Assembly (NCBI GenBank): GCA_045603645.1
Contig: JAZUMN010000084.1
Span: 7,019 to 71,018, forward strand
Direction: 5' to 3'
DNA: 64,000 nt
Source of the DNA: Alistipes sp.
Lineage (GTDB): Bacteria > Bacteroidota > Bacteroidia > Bacteroidales > Rikenellaceae
Shown: positions 17,568 to 27,760 of the stretch, piece after piece
Layout: the number at the start of each line of letters is the position of its first letter
Position numbering within the stretch: the first letter of the stretch is position 1
The notes under the pieces: generated by a model
Told to the model about the DNA's origin: nothing
The model's input: only the letters and a program-made list of their open reading frames with translations
The model's database searches: none
Made by a program: the position numbers and the translations under genes

Positions 17568-18542
17568 TTATACGTTTTCTTCCTGCGAGGTTGCCTTCTG
17601 CTGAATCTCGTTTATTACGACCTTGCCCACGGGGCACTCTTCGCATCGGTGCTTCTGGCAATATTCAAACGTGAGTTGCAGCAGAGCCTGCGTGTCGAAG
17701 GCCGTTTGAGCCAGCGGTCCATAGCTGTTCCACTGTGCTATGATGGAGTTACTCTCGGGAGGCAAATCTTCCAGCAGGGATATGGCTCTGTTGCGCAGCG
17801 TGTCGTTGTTTATGTAGTCGCCATAGGCATACTGCATCTGCGCCACAAGGTTAATGGCCAGCAGGTCGCTCTTTGTCTGCCCCAGCCGCTTGGCTACGGT
17901 GCGATGATTCTCCGACGCCGGTGTGTAGTGGTTTGCCCAGTAGGGGAGTGTCTGGCAGCTGAACAGATTATGTACATCCTGCTTCGAGCGGCACGCAAGC
18001 AGACGCTCCATAATGTCGGAATTGTGACTCAGCAGCGTGGCTATTTGCGAGAGGCGGAGTATAGGATGGTTATTGGGATATATCTTGGTTAGCTTCCACT
18101 CCTCGGGTTCCATTGCCTGTATGGAGTATTTGGTTGCCAGGTATGAGAAATTGCGTTTCAGGTTGAGGATGTATTCATCGTGTGGGTATAGCTGCAACAA
18201 TCCCGAAGCACCAATAAGCATAGCCTCGATGTTTTGTGGCACCATCCTCTCGCGCAGGATGGCTGCATACGATACCCTTTGAGACAAGGTGGTAAAGGCC
18301 TCCTTGTTATCCATTCCACCCATCGTGCGCAGCAACATAACGTAGAATGTCTGCTGCCAATTCTGCTCGCTTGCCGAGTGAAACTTCTGAATGTCGCCCT
18401 GCTTGCGCTTCAAGCGCTCAAAACCCAACGTGTTGTAGAGCGTCAGACGACGCAACGTGCCTATGCGTGAGAGGTAGGCTCCGCATCCAAAGTATGAAGC
18501 ACCCGTTTTCAGCCGGTTTATAAGTCGTTTGTACTCCTCCAT
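17568..18542 (-). CDS. DUF2851 family protein (short form)
   Basis: 'GGMDNKEAFTTL', 'IEAMLIGASGLL', 'PNNHPILRLSQIA', C-terminal 'YCQKHRCEECPVG'. Confidence 0.8.
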   Translation of the reverse strand: MEEYKRLINRLKTGASYFGCGAYLSRIGTLRRLTLYNTLGFERLKRKQGDIQKFHSASEQNWQQTFYVMLLRTMGGMDNKEAFTTLSQRVSYAAILRERMVPQNIEAMLIGASGLLQLYPHDEYILNLKRNFSYLATKYSIQAMEPEEWKLTKIYPNNHPILRLSQIATLLSHNSDIMERLLACRSKQDVHNLFSCQTLPYWANHYTPASENHRTVAKRLGQTKSDLLAINLVAQMQYAYGDYINNDTLRNRAISLLEDLPPESNSIIAQWNSYGPLAQTAFDTQALLQLTFEYCQKHRCEECPVGKVVINEIQQKATSQEENV

Positions 18543-18571
18543 TGTGTGGGCTTGGGTTTGGTGGGCGTTTT

Positions 18572-18892
18572 TTACAATAGGTTGAGCTCCAATAGAGCCT
18601 CCTCGCTCATCATGCTTCTGTCCCAGGGCGGCTCGAAGGTGAGTATTATATTGACCTTCTCCACGCCGTTAATCTTCTTGACCTGAGTGTTTATGTCCTC
18701 AATCAAAATGTCCGCCATAGGGCAGTTTGGAGCCGTGAGAGTCATCCTTATATTCGCTACGCACTCGGGGTCGAAGTCAATCTCGTAGATAAGACCCAGG
18801 TCGTAGATGTTTACGGGAATCTCAGGGTCGTATATGTTTTTGAGTGTCAGGACGATGTCGTGCTCCACTCGTAAAATCTCTTCCGGTGTCAT
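18572..18892 (-). CDS. sufT: DUF59/SufT Fe-S cluster assembly factor
   Basis: 'YDPEIPVNIYDLGLIY', 'MTLTAPNCP', 'FEPPW'. Confidence 0.93.
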   Translation of the reverse strand: MTPEEILRVEHDIVLTLKNIYDPEIPVNIYDLGLIYEIDFDPECVANIRMTLTAPNCPMADILIEDINTQVKKINGVEKVNIILTFEPPWDRSMMSEEALLELNLL

Positions 18893-18895
18893 AAA

Positions 18896-19315
18896 CTAAT
18901 GCTGTTGTGAATTAAAAGCCAGGGCATACATCTTCATCTGCTTAATCATAGCCACCAGGCCGTTGCTGCGTGTGGGGGATAGGTTTTCGCTCAGACCTAT
19001 GGCGTCGATGAAGTACAGGTCGAGGTCGAGTATCTCCTGTGGTGTGCGGCCATTCATCACCCTCACCAGCAGTGCGATGATGCCTTTGGTTATTATGGCG
19101 TCACTGTCGGCGGAGTAGAACATCTTGCCCTCCTCGATGCGGGCATCAACCCATACCCTCGACTGACACCCCTTAATCACATACTGTTCGGTGCGGTGCT
19201 CGCTTGCAATGGCGGGCAGTGTATCACTTAACTCAATAAGGTAGTCATATTTATCCAACCACTCCTCGAACATTGAGAACTCCTCGATAATAGCCTCCTG
19301 AATATTGTCTTTCAT
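18896..19315 (-). CDS. sufE: SufE family sulfur acceptor
   Basis: 'IKGCQSRVW', 'ADSDAIITKG', 'LSPTRSNGL'. Confidence 0.95.
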   Translation of the reverse strand: MKDNIQEAIIEEFSMFEEWLDKYDYLIELSDTLPAIASEHRTEQYVIKGCQSRVWVDARIEEGKMFYSADSDAIITKGIIALLVRVMNGRTPQEILDLDLYFIDAIGLSENLSPTRSNGLVAMIKQMKMYALAFNSQQH

Positions 19316-19325
19316 TGCAAAAAAA

Positions 19326-20945
19326 TTAAAATATTGCTAACGTGCCGCCTTCGCTTGCCGAGGGTACTCCCACGCCTATGAGCTTAGCCTGCGTGGCTGC
19401 CAGCGAAGTTATATCCACCTTCTCACCTCGCTTGGCGGCTGTTAATCCTCCTCCATATATTAACAAAGGTATGTGTGTATCATAACGATACATCGAGCCC
19501 GACATCGAACGTACATTCTCAACCTCGGCAATCCATCCGGGCATAAGGTTTATCACCACATCACCCGAGCGGCGGGGATAAAAACCGTTCTGTATCTTCT
19601 GCCCGTAGCCGCTGCCGAAGTAACTGCTGCGCAGAGCCTCTGCCGAGAGGGCGTGCGAAACGCCTCGCAACTGCATCACAAATGTAGCCACATCATATTG
19701 CACCTCGGCCACCGACAGCCCCTTCTCGTAGATGAGGTTGTGGTTCAGGTATATGGCGTTGTCAATGATGCCCAGCACCCACTCGCCGTTGCCGTGCTGT
19801 GAGCCTACGAAGGCGTTTGTTATCACCTCCGCCTGACGCACATTAAAGCGCCCCTGCTCCTTGCCCGGTGAGTTGTACGCAGGGCTTGTGCCGTGGTCCG
19901 ACGTGAGGGTTATCACTATCTGGCTGGGGTCTGTAACCTGAGCTATGGCAAATATCAGGAACTCCTCCAAATCGCGGTCCAAACGATACAGCATATCTTC
20001 ATATTCGACCGACTCCACGCCGTAGCGCGAACTTATGAGGCGAGGTGTGTCCAGCACAATGTTCAACACATCGACATCTTCGTCCTGCCCCATACTGTTC
20101 TTTGCTATGAGTTGCTTGGCAAACGCCAATACGGCTGTGTTGCCCGCAGGGGAGTAGCACATCTGCTCGTATGTGTCGATTATGGGGCTCTTGGCAAGGC
20201 TCTCGCTCTGTATGTATTGCAACTCCTTCTTCTCGCTCTTTAAGTTCTCCATACACAACACCTGAGAGTTTTTGTAGCGGTCGAATTTAAGCAGGGGCGT
20301 CCACTTTTTAAGCAGCAGAGCCTCGTGTGGATCGGTGCGGTTGTAGTCGGCAATCCACTTATCGAGGTCTTTGCCGTAGTAGGATGTTGTTACCCACGCC
20401 GAGTGCAACTTCTCCATCCAGTAGGCCTTGCCTGCGTGACCTGTCATTACTATCGCCGACAGCGGCTCCACGGCCACGGTGCGGATGATGCTCTTGCTGT
20501 TGTGCTCAGCCACAACGTCGCTCAGTGTCTGGGCTGAGAGCTGGCGTGGAGAGTAGTTCCCTGCTCCGCTGCTGAAATTCACACTCCACTCCTTGCTGTC
20601 GTTAATGAGTGATATGCGTTTGTTGCTCACATAGTCGTACCAGTATTCTGCCACAACGCCGTGCACCGAGGGCATAGCACCCGTAGAGATGGTTGCCAGG
20701 CCAACGGGGGTTGAGGTCTGCATATAGTTCAGCGATGCGTTTGTGAACCATACACCCTCGCGGCAGAGGCGGTTGAAGCCGCCGCTTGAAAAGTTGTCGC
20801 CATAACGCGTAAGGTCGTCGGCGTGCATCGAGCTTACGACCAGGTTAATCATCAGACGGGGCTTTGCCGTCTGAGCATTAGCGCTTGGTAGGTAAACGCC
20901 TAAAAGTAAAATGGTTATCGCTATATATCGCAAAAAGGTTTTCAT
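19326..20945 (-). CDS. Alkaline phosphatase (PafA-like) family protein with a degenerate active site
   Basis: Signal peptide from MKTFLRY. 'GFNRL', 'TGAMPSVHG', 'LTSDHG', 'RSGDV', 'YDTHIPL'. Confidence 0.85.
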   Translation of the reverse strand: MKTFLRYIAITILLLGVYLPSANAQTAKPRLMINLVVSSMHADDLTRYGDNFSSGGFNRLCREGVWFTNASLNYMQTSTPVGLATISTGAMPSVHGVVAEYWYDYVSNKRISLINDSKEWSVNFSSGAGNYSPRQLSAQTLSDVVAEHNSKSIIRTVAVEPLSAIVMTGHAGKAYWMEKLHSAWVTTSYYGKDLDKWIADYNRTDPHEALLLKKWTPLLKFDRYKNSQVLCMENLKSEKKELQYIQSESLAKSPIIDTYEQMCYSPAGNTAVLAFAKQLIAKNSMGQDEDVDVLNIVLDTPRLISSRYGVESVEYEDMLYRLDRDLEEFLIFAIAQVTDPSQIVITLTSDHGTSPAYNSPGKEQGRFNVRQAEVITNAFVGSQHGNGEWVLGIIDNAIYLNHNLIYEKGLSVAEVQYDVATFVMQLRGVSHALSAEALRSSYFGSGYGQKIQNGFYPRRSGDVVINLMPGWIAEVENVRSMSGSMYRYDTHIPLLIYGGGLTAAKRGEKVDITSLAATQAKLIGVGVPSASEGGTLAIF

Positions 20946-20982
20946 CGTAATTGTTTTTGTGGTCGTAAAATTACTATATTTT

Positions 20983-21957
20983 TTATAAATGCGAGCCAAA
21001 GTAAGCTCTTTCCTTGCTGAAATCCAAATCGGGGTGGCGGCTCTCTATTTGCTCGATTGTGCGAAGCTGCTTACGGCAGAATTCCTGATGCGCCTCCGAG
21101 TCGGGATTAAAAGGTTTGTGGCCTGCCGCCTGCATTATTCGTGCAATCTGCTGCATTGCCTCCTGCGCCTCGCAACTTATGGCCGCCTCGGTAAAGCGTT
21201 GCCATATATAATCTATTGCCACGGCCGAGGGGTGCAGCATATCGCTGTCGTAGAAACGGTAGTCGCGCAGCTCGTCATTCATAATCTCAAACGAGGGGAA
21301 GTAGCAGGTGCTTGCGGGATATCGCCTTATGAGCTCCGCTATGGCAACGCGCAGCGTAGCTTTGCTTAGTGAGTTCTGCTCCAAACCGTCACCTAAGTGA
21401 CGTATGGGGCTTACGGTAAATATTACACGCCTGCCTTTGAGTGGCTCATCCAATACCTCGCTCCAACACTTTACTATCTCCTCCACCGAGAGCAGCTCTC
21501 GGCTGAAAAGCTTGTGGGGTTGCTTGTGGCAGTTGGCCACCACCTCGCCGCTTTCAGTAAGCCTGTACACCCAAGCTGTGCCGAAGGTGATGATTAAGGT
21601 GTCGGCAGAGCGCAGAGCCTCTGCCCCCGAGGTCATCGCCTGCTGCATCTTGTCTATGGCTTGCTGCTTGTCCGTAGCCGAGAACGCAGAGTGAAAAGCG
21701 TAGTGAAACCACCTCTCACCATCGTAACATAGTTCCTGCTCCTGTATTTGTCTCTTTGTTGCCAGGCGGTGCAGTGTCGAGGCGATGGAGTGGGGGTTAA
21801 ACAAAATACCCGTAGGCGATGCTGTCACGCGGAACTTGGCATCCGAGAGCCTGCGTGCCACATTATCGGCAAAGCACGACCCCAACGACAATATACGGCT
21901 CGTATAGTCTATTTGCTCCACCAAGGGCTTAATCTCTATGTGTGTAAAAAACTGCAT
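20983..21957 (-). CDS. GSCFA domain protein (SGNH-like)
   Basis: 'LGSCFA', 'TFGTAWVY', 'VANCHK', 'TVSPIRH', 'DMLHPS'. Confidence 0.93.
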   Translation of the reverse strand: MQFFTHIEIKPLVEQIDYTSRILSLGSCFADNVARRLSDAKFRVTASPTGILFNPHSIASTLHRLATKRQIQEQELCYDGERWFHYAFHSAFSATDKQQAIDKMQQAMTSGAEALRSADTLIITFGTAWVYRLTESGEVVANCHKQPHKLFSRELLSVEEIVKCWSEVLDEPLKGRRVIFTVSPIRHLGDGLEQNSLSKATLRVAIAELIRRYPASTCYFPSFEIMNDELRDYRFYDSDMLHPSAVAIDYIWQRFTEAAISCEAQEAMQQIARIMQAAGHKPFNPDSEAHQEFCRKQLRTIEQIESRHPDLDFSKERAYFGSHL

Positions 21958-21962
21958 CCCGT

Positions 21963-23852
21963 TTATATCTCGCTTAACTCCAACCAGCGCATCTCCTTTG
22001 TCTCCAACTCCTCAATGGTTTGGGCTATCTGTGCCGATGCTGCCATAAGCTCCTCGTGATTTAGTGTGCCCGAGCTCAGCTGCTCCTCCAACTCTTTCTT
22101 TGAGAGTTCCAATGCGGCAATATCCTGTTCCAGTTGCTCCAACTCGCGCTGCTCCTTGAATGACAGCCTACGACGCTGTGGCACAGATTGTTGAGCTTTA
22201 TTGTTCCGTGTCTCCTTCTCGCGCTCCTTCTCTATGGCGGCTCTTGCCTGTCGAGCCTCATCAGCCTCCTGCTCCTTCACAAATTCGCGATACTCGCTGT
22301 ACTGACCTACGAAATCCTTAACCTCGCCACCCTCGCGGAAGATGAAGAGGTGGTCCACGGTCTTATCCAGGAAGTAGCGGTCGTGCGACACTATAAGCAG
22401 GCAACCCTTAAACGAGCGCAGATACTCCTCCAAGACGTTCAGCGTGAGTATATCAAGGTCATTTGTCGGCTCGTCGAGAATCAAAAAGTTGGGGTTGCGC
22501 ATCAGCACCGTCAGGAGGTAGAGCCTTCGCTGCTCGCCACCACTCAGAATCTCTATGCGCTTGTTGAGTGCCTCCTGCGGAAAGAGGAACTGATTGAGCA
22601 TAGCGGTTACCGATACGTGGTGCCCATCCTTTGCTGCTACGGTCTCGGCTATGTCGCGTACAATATCCAGCACGGTTTGCCCCGCCTTGAAGTTTATGCC
22701 ATCCTGACGATAGTAGCCTATGCGCAAAGTCTCGCCACGCTCTATGGTGCCCTTTTCGGGTAGGATGTTGCCCGTCATCAGGTTGAGGAATGTGCTCTTG
22801 CCTACGCCGTTCTTGCCCACGATGCCTACGCGTTCAAAGCGCGAGAACTTATACGAAAAGTCGCTCAGCATACACCTCTTGCCATAGTGCAGCGTAACTC
22901 CGTCGCAATCTATAATCTTGCCTCCCAGACGCGATGTGGCCACATCAATCGACATATTGCGCTGTGCAAGGCTTACCGAGGCCTTGTCTTTAAGGTCGTA
23001 AAAGGCATTTATGCGATAGCGAGCCTTGCCCGTGCGTGCCTGCGGTGTGCTGCGTATCCACTCCAACTCACGGCGCAGCAGGTTGCGAGCCTTGTCAATG
23101 CCCGCCTGCATATTGTTATATCGCTCCTCACGTTTGGTCAGGAACGATGAGTAGTTACCCTTGTAAGTGAATAGCTCTCCGCGGTCCAACTCAAATATGG
23201 TGTTGCATACCCTGTCCAAAAAGTAACGGTCGTGGGTGACCATCAGCAGCGTGCAGCGTGATTTTTGCAGGTGAGCCTCCAAATACTCAATGATGTCTAT
23301 GTCGAGGTGGTTCGTAGGCTCGTCCATAATCAGGAAGTCGGCATCCTGCAACAGCATAAGGGCTATGGCTGCGCGCTTCGCTTCGCCTCCCGACAACTCG
23401 CCCATAGGCTGGTCAAGGCGTGAGAGTTTGAGCGATGAGAGAATCTGCTTTACCCTCTGCTCGGCACTCCACCCATCCACAGCATCCATTGCTGCCATAG
23501 CCTGTGTTATGGCCTGCTGGTTGCCCGAGGCTATGGACTTCTCGTAGTCGCATATAACCTCGTAGGTCTTGCCCATACGCGAATAGACCTCGTCGAAGAG
23601 TGTGCTCTGGGGATTAAAGTCGCAATTCTGGTCCAGAAAAGCAACCTTTATATCCTTCATAAACTTAATCTCGCCTCCGCGGTCCGAGGAGTCTATGCCT
23701 GCGAGTATTTTCAGCAGCGAGCTCTTGCCCGTGCCGTTGGGGGCAATCAACGCAATCTTATCTCCCTCGTTTATGTTGAAGCTGATGTTACGAAAGAGAG
23801 TCTTGTCGGCGTACGATTTGCTTATGTTCTCTACTTGCAGGAAACTTGCCAT
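21963..23852 (-). CDS. ABC-F family ATPase (Uup/YfmR-like)
   Basis: Two ABC cassettes (NGTGKS/LSGGE/DEPTNHLD and NGVGKST/LSGGE/DEPTNDLD), no TM segments, C-terminal coiled coil. Confidence 0.95.
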   Translation of the reverse strand: MASFLQVENISKSYADKTLFRNISFNINEGDKIALIAPNGTGKSSLLKILAGIDSSDRGGEIKFMKDIKVAFLDQNCDFNPQSTLFDEVYSRMGKTYEVICDYEKSIASGNQQAITQAMAAMDAVDGWSAEQRVKQILSSLKLSRLDQPMGELSGGEAKRAAIALMLLQDADFLIMDEPTNHLDIDIIEYLEAHLQKSRCTLLMVTHDRYFLDRVCNTIFELDRGELFTYKGNYSSFLTKREERYNNMQAGIDKARNLLRRELEWIRSTPQARTGKARYRINAFYDLKDKASVSLAQRNMSIDVATSRLGGKIIDCDGVTLHYGKRCMLSDFSYKFSRFERVGIVGKNGVGKSTFLNLMTGNILPEKGTIERGETLRIGYYRQDGINFKAGQTVLDIVRDIAETVAAKDGHHVSVTAMLNQFLFPQEALNKRIEILSGGEQRRLYLLTVLMRNPNFLILDEPTNDLDILTLNVLEEYLRSFKGCLLIVSHDRYFLDKTVDHLFIFREGGEVKDFVGQYSEYREFVKEQEADEARQARAAIEKEREKETRNNKAQQSVPQRRRLSFKEQRELEQLEQDIAALELSKKELEEQLSSGTLNHEELMAASAQIAQTIEELETKEMRWLELSEI

Positions 23853-24796
23853 GGCGTAGGATTAAATTTATTGTTACGCTCAATCTTTTTCAGGGTGCGT
23901 CGTACGCCCCTGATCTTCCCGACCGAAAAGTTGTGGTGCACAGCCTGACGTGCCGCCTGCTGGCAGTATGCTGCCGTCAGGAGTGTCACGGCTATCATCC
24001 CCTTGTTTATCGACAGGGTGTTGCCAACCATTGAGATATGTGTATGGGGCTCAATGAGCGTCTCGTACCAGGTGCAAGCTAAGGCATAGCGGCCTGCACC
24101 GTAGCCTATGTGAAAGCCATCGCGCGTAAGGTCGTGCGGAAAGTTATTGACCGCCGAATGACGCAGTGTCTGAACCGTTGTGCCCGCAGCGATTATAATC
24201 TCTATCTCGGGATGTGCCTCGACTGTTGCTTGCGTAGCATCATATATGGCTCCAAACATCTTCCGTGGGTCGCAGTCGTAGTTCGCGAACTCTCCGTGAC
24301 GGCTGTTTGTGCTGTATGACCACGTCATATGCCACGCCAAAAGAGCGTGCGGTTGAGCCTGTCGGATGATTTGTATCAACTCACCCAAATAGGGCTCGTA
24401 GCTGGAATATATGCCCGACCTGCCCGATTGCTGTTGCAGCGTGATAATATCCCACTCGCCCATAGCAAGAGCCTTCCGTAAAGAGTATCTATCTTTGTGC
24501 TTAACCCAGCGGTTCTCGCCCGCCTTTGACTGCGAGAAGATGTAGGGGCTCTGCTCGGTCTGATAAAACGAAAGGTGCTGCTGCAAGGTGCACCCACCAA
24601 CAAATAAGCGGGCAATCTCCACATCCTTAACGCCTAAGTTATCCAGCAGGGCGGGGATATACTCGGTGCCATCGTCCGAAAAACTGTTGCCAATGGCCAA
24701 TATGCGTAATACTCCGTCATCGTCGGGGTGGGCGGAGACTGTTGCAGTGTGTACAACTGCACATAAAGTTAAAAGACAGGTGATAAATCGTTTCAT
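23831..24796 (-). CDS. DUF4886 SGNH-hydrolase-like secreted protein
   Basis: Signal peptide from MKRFITC. 'ILAIGNSFS', 'WDIITLQQ', 'WHMTWSY', 'RDGFH'. Confidence 0.85.
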   Translation of the reverse strand: MKRFITCLLTLCAVVHTATVSAHPDDDGVLRILAIGNSFSDDGTEYIPALLDNLGVKDVEIARLFVGGCTLQQHLSFYQTEQSPYIFSQSKAGENRWVKHKDRYSLRKALAMGEWDIITLQQQSGRSGIYSSYEPYLGELIQIIRQAQPHALLAWHMTWSYSTNSRHGEFANYDCDPRKMFGAIYDATQATVEAHPEIEIIIAAGTTVQTLRHSAVNNFPHDLTRDGFHIGYGAGRYALACTWYETLIEPHTHISMVGNTLSINKGMIAVTLLTAAYCQQAARQAVHHNFSVGKIRGVRRTLKKIERNNKFNPTPWQVSCK

Positions 24797-24812
24797 AGTG
24801 ACACGAGTGACG

Positions 24813-27620
24813 TTAATAGAGGTTATCGTACATTGATTGGCTCTTGTCATACTTCAAGTCTTGCAGTGACGAGGCCTTTACACCGATGTGGAAACTCCAA
24901 CTTTTGTAATATCCGAACGGAATCCATGAGAACGACATCTGCCAGCAGTGCAAATCGCGTGTGATGTTAATCGATGTGGCGGATAACTTACCCTGCGAGA
25001 TATCGAAACCTCCCGATATGGTTGCAGCCATCTTCTTCGAGAAGGTGATACTGCCGTTGAAGCCGATGGTCTGTGTGATATTGCGTTTCACACCCGTCGT
25101 TCCGTTATTCACATAACTTACGTTGTAGTTGATGTTGTAGTTAAAACCTAAGTTCCACGGCAACGAGAAGTCGTAATAGGTCTGAGCCATATAACGTCTG
25201 CGCAGCGTGGGGTCCATCTGCCCATAGGGGTCGTAGAACGGATTGGTGTATTCGGGCGGTATGCTGTTAATGTCGTTTATGGCTGGCGTAGAGCTGTCGC
25301 GTGACTTGAATGAGTAACCAAAGCTCCATCCCGTATTCATAATACGTCCCAGGTTACCGCGGCGCCAGGTGAGTTTGTCGTAACGCTTACCCTGTGGCGT
25401 AACCTCGTAGGGGTCGAGTGTTGCACGCAGGTTTATACCAAACTTCTTCGATATCGTCGAGCGCAACGTGATGTTGATGGTCGATAACTTCATTGAGTCG
25501 GCGAGGAAGTTGTATGAGCCACTTATTGAGAGGTCGTCAATGAGCTTAACCTTCTTCATGCCCGATGTGTCGCGCTTGCTGAGTACCTTCATTTCAAGGC
25601 TCTGTGACAGAGAGAACGACATCGACATATTCTCCGTTGTCGGAGGTACTCCATAGGCATTGTCGGCAAATGGAGAGTAGGTCGTGGTGCGACCCGTTGA
25701 GTCACTCTGTATGGTTTGGTAGAATCCATACTTCTGGTTGCCGAAGTTTGGAGCATAAGAGACGCTAACCTGAGGGTTGATGGTGTGACGTATGGCCTGC
25801 ACCTTCAAGTTTTTGTATTTCTCTCTCACCTGCCACATACCATAGAGGGTTGTAGAGAACGACAAGCCCGCATTGTAGTTGTAGAGACGATAAAAACCGT
25901 ACTCGGGGTCAAGCGTCTTGACCGAGTTGGTCGTGGGGTCCCATTCGCGCTCGGTCTTTTTGAAGTACCAGCGCTCGGTATAGTTTACGTTTGGTGTGAT
26001 GTTCAGGTGGTTGAACAGATTGAACGACGCCTGAATAGGTATCGAGTGCTGAATACCATTACGCATCTTGTTCAATGTCTGGCGAGTGAATATGTCACCC
26101 TCCTTGGCACTCACCGAGTTGGTCAGTTTTGCTGAGTAGCTCATTGAAATCTTCTCGTACCAACGGTCTTTACCTACCTTCATCTTGCGCTTCAGGGGGA
26201 AGAACTTCGACACGTTGAACGATATGTTTGGCAGCGTAGCCGATATGGCCTGCGTCTGCGAGTTCTGTGACACGGCCATATTCATTGAGAGTGAGAATGG
26301 CGTGCCGGCCCACTTCTTCGAGTATGAAATCGAAGAGTTGGTTTGTGTCGAGAGCATATCGTTCAGATTCGTTGCCGAGTAACGGCTGTAACCACTTGAC
26401 GAGAGGTTTACCGAAGCCGAGAATGTCGAGCCGGGGTTTGCCTTGGGGTCCTGCGAATGTGTCCATTGCAGACGGTAGGTGTTCTGCTTGATAAAGTCGG
26501 GGTCACCTTTGTCGCCTGTGCGGATGCTGGCGTAGTTGAAGTTGAAGTTACCCGTGTATTTGTATCGCTTGATGTAGCGTGATGTAACCTGTGCCTCCCA
26601 CGAGCCCAAGGTGTAAAATCCTCCTGTGAGTGTTAGGTCCATATATTGGCTCAGTGTAAAGTAATAACCCAGGCCACGCATAAAGAATCCTCGGCGAGCC
26701 TCCTCACCGTAGGATGGCATCAGAATACCCGACTTAGGCCCTGAACTCAGCGGGAAGAAGCCCTCGGGCAGACCCAGGAACGGTATGTGCACATCCTCTA
26801 TGACAAGGTGGCCGGGACCCATTATGACCTTGCCATTCTTGCCGGTCTTGACCTTTGCCTTCGACATCCAGTAGTAGAAGTGGGGTGCATCAGTCTGGTC
26901 GCAGGTGGTGTACATTCCGTCGCCTATGTTGATGGTGTTATCTTCCATACGCTTCACGGCACGACCTACCAGCCAGCCGTCGCCCTGCTGTGTGGCGATG
27001 TTCTTAATCTTGGCACGCTGTGTCTCGATGTTGTACTTTATTGTGTCCATATTGAGTGTGGTTCCGCCCTGAATGAATGTCGGACGTGTAACCACCACCT
27101 CATTGCTGCTTGTCGAGTCGGTCTTGCCGAAGGCGTAAATCTCTTTGTTGTCGAGGTCGATATTCATCAGGTCGGCCTTCAACTGCATATTGTCGTATGT
27201 CACCTCGCCCTGTTCGTACAGATGCACCGTGTTGTTGCGCAGGTCGTAGTGCAGAGAGTCCTTTGCCTTGCCCGAGATGACAGCATTCAGTCCCGTGCCC
27301 GAACCCGAAGAGCGTTGGCGGCGAGCTACGGTGTCGCTCAGGTTCCGCAGTATGGAGTCGGGGTTGATAATCAGCGTGTCGGCAGTTGTTATGCGTGTGG
27401 GCTCCTGAGCCTCTTTTGCTTGTTGTGACTCCTGTCGGCGTGCTTGCTGTCGCTCACGGCGTGTTGTGCGCAGGCGGGTGTTTGCGGTATCAGGCTGAAC
27501 CGTGTCGGCATCCTTAGGTGTGTATATGATGTGCCGCGACGGAGCAGAACCGATGACGATTTGCACAAATAGCAGTAACACTGCTACCGAAAGGAGATAT
27601 TTAACTCTGTTTTTATCCAA
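24813..27620 (-). CDS. lptD: Putative LPS-assembly outer membrane protein LptD
   Basis: 'YTTCD', 'KSGILMPSYGEE', long beta-rich region, 'RDLHCWQMSF'. TTG start. Confidence 0.88.
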   Translation of the reverse strand: MDKNRVKYLLSVAVLLLFVQIVIGSAPSRHIIYTPKDADTVQPDTANTRLRTTRRERQQARRQESQQAKEAQEPTRITTADTLIINPDSILRNLSDTVARRQRSSGSGTGLNAVISGKAKDSLHYDLRNNTVHLYEQGEVTYDNMQLKADLMNIDLDNKEIYAFGKTDSTSSNEVVVTRPTFIQGGTTLNMDTIKYNIETQRAKIKNIATQQGDGWLVGRAVKRMEDNTINIGDGMYTTCDQTDAPHFYYWMSKAKVKTGKNGKVIMGPGHLVIEDVHIPFLGLPEGFFPLSSGPKSGILMPSYGEEARRGFFMRGLGYYFTLSQYMDLTLTGGFYTLGSWEAQVTSRYIKRYKYTGNFNFNYASIRTGDKGDPDFIKQNTYRLQWTHSQDPKANPGSTFSASVNLSSSGYSRYSATNLNDMLSTQTNSSISYSKKWAGTPFSLSMNMAVSQNSQTQAISATLPNISFNVSKFFPLKRKMKVGKDRWYEKISMSYSAKLTNSVSAKEGDIFTRQTLNKMRNGIQHSIPIQASFNLFNHLNITPNVNYTERWYFKKTEREWDPTTNSVKTLDPEYGFYRLYNYNAGLSFSTTLYGMWQVREKYKNLKVQAIRHTINPQVSVSYAPNFGNQKYGFYQTIQSDSTGRTTTYSPFADNAYGVPPTTENMSMSFSLSQSLEMKVLSKRDTSGMKKVKLIDDLSISGSYNFLADSMKLSTINITLRSTISKKFGINLRATLDPYEVTPQGKRYDKLTWRRGNLGRIMNTGWSFGYSFKSRDSSTPAINDINSIPPEYTNPFYDPYGQMDPTLRRRYMAQTYYDFSLPWNLGFNYNINYNVSYVNNGTTGVKRNITQTIGFNGSITFSKKMAATISGGFDISQGKLSATSINITRDLHCWQMSFSWIPFGYYKSWSFHIGVKASSLQDLKYDKSQSMYDNLY

Positions 27621-27760
27621 AATATCAATAATTTTTTGTACCTTTGCCGACGAGTCGGCAAAACCGCCAAGAAAAGTCTTGTGGGCAACTCTTGTTGCAA
27701 AGTTTTAACCGACAAATATAGCGTTTTTTTATGGAATAGCGTCAAAAAAATAGAGTTTTT

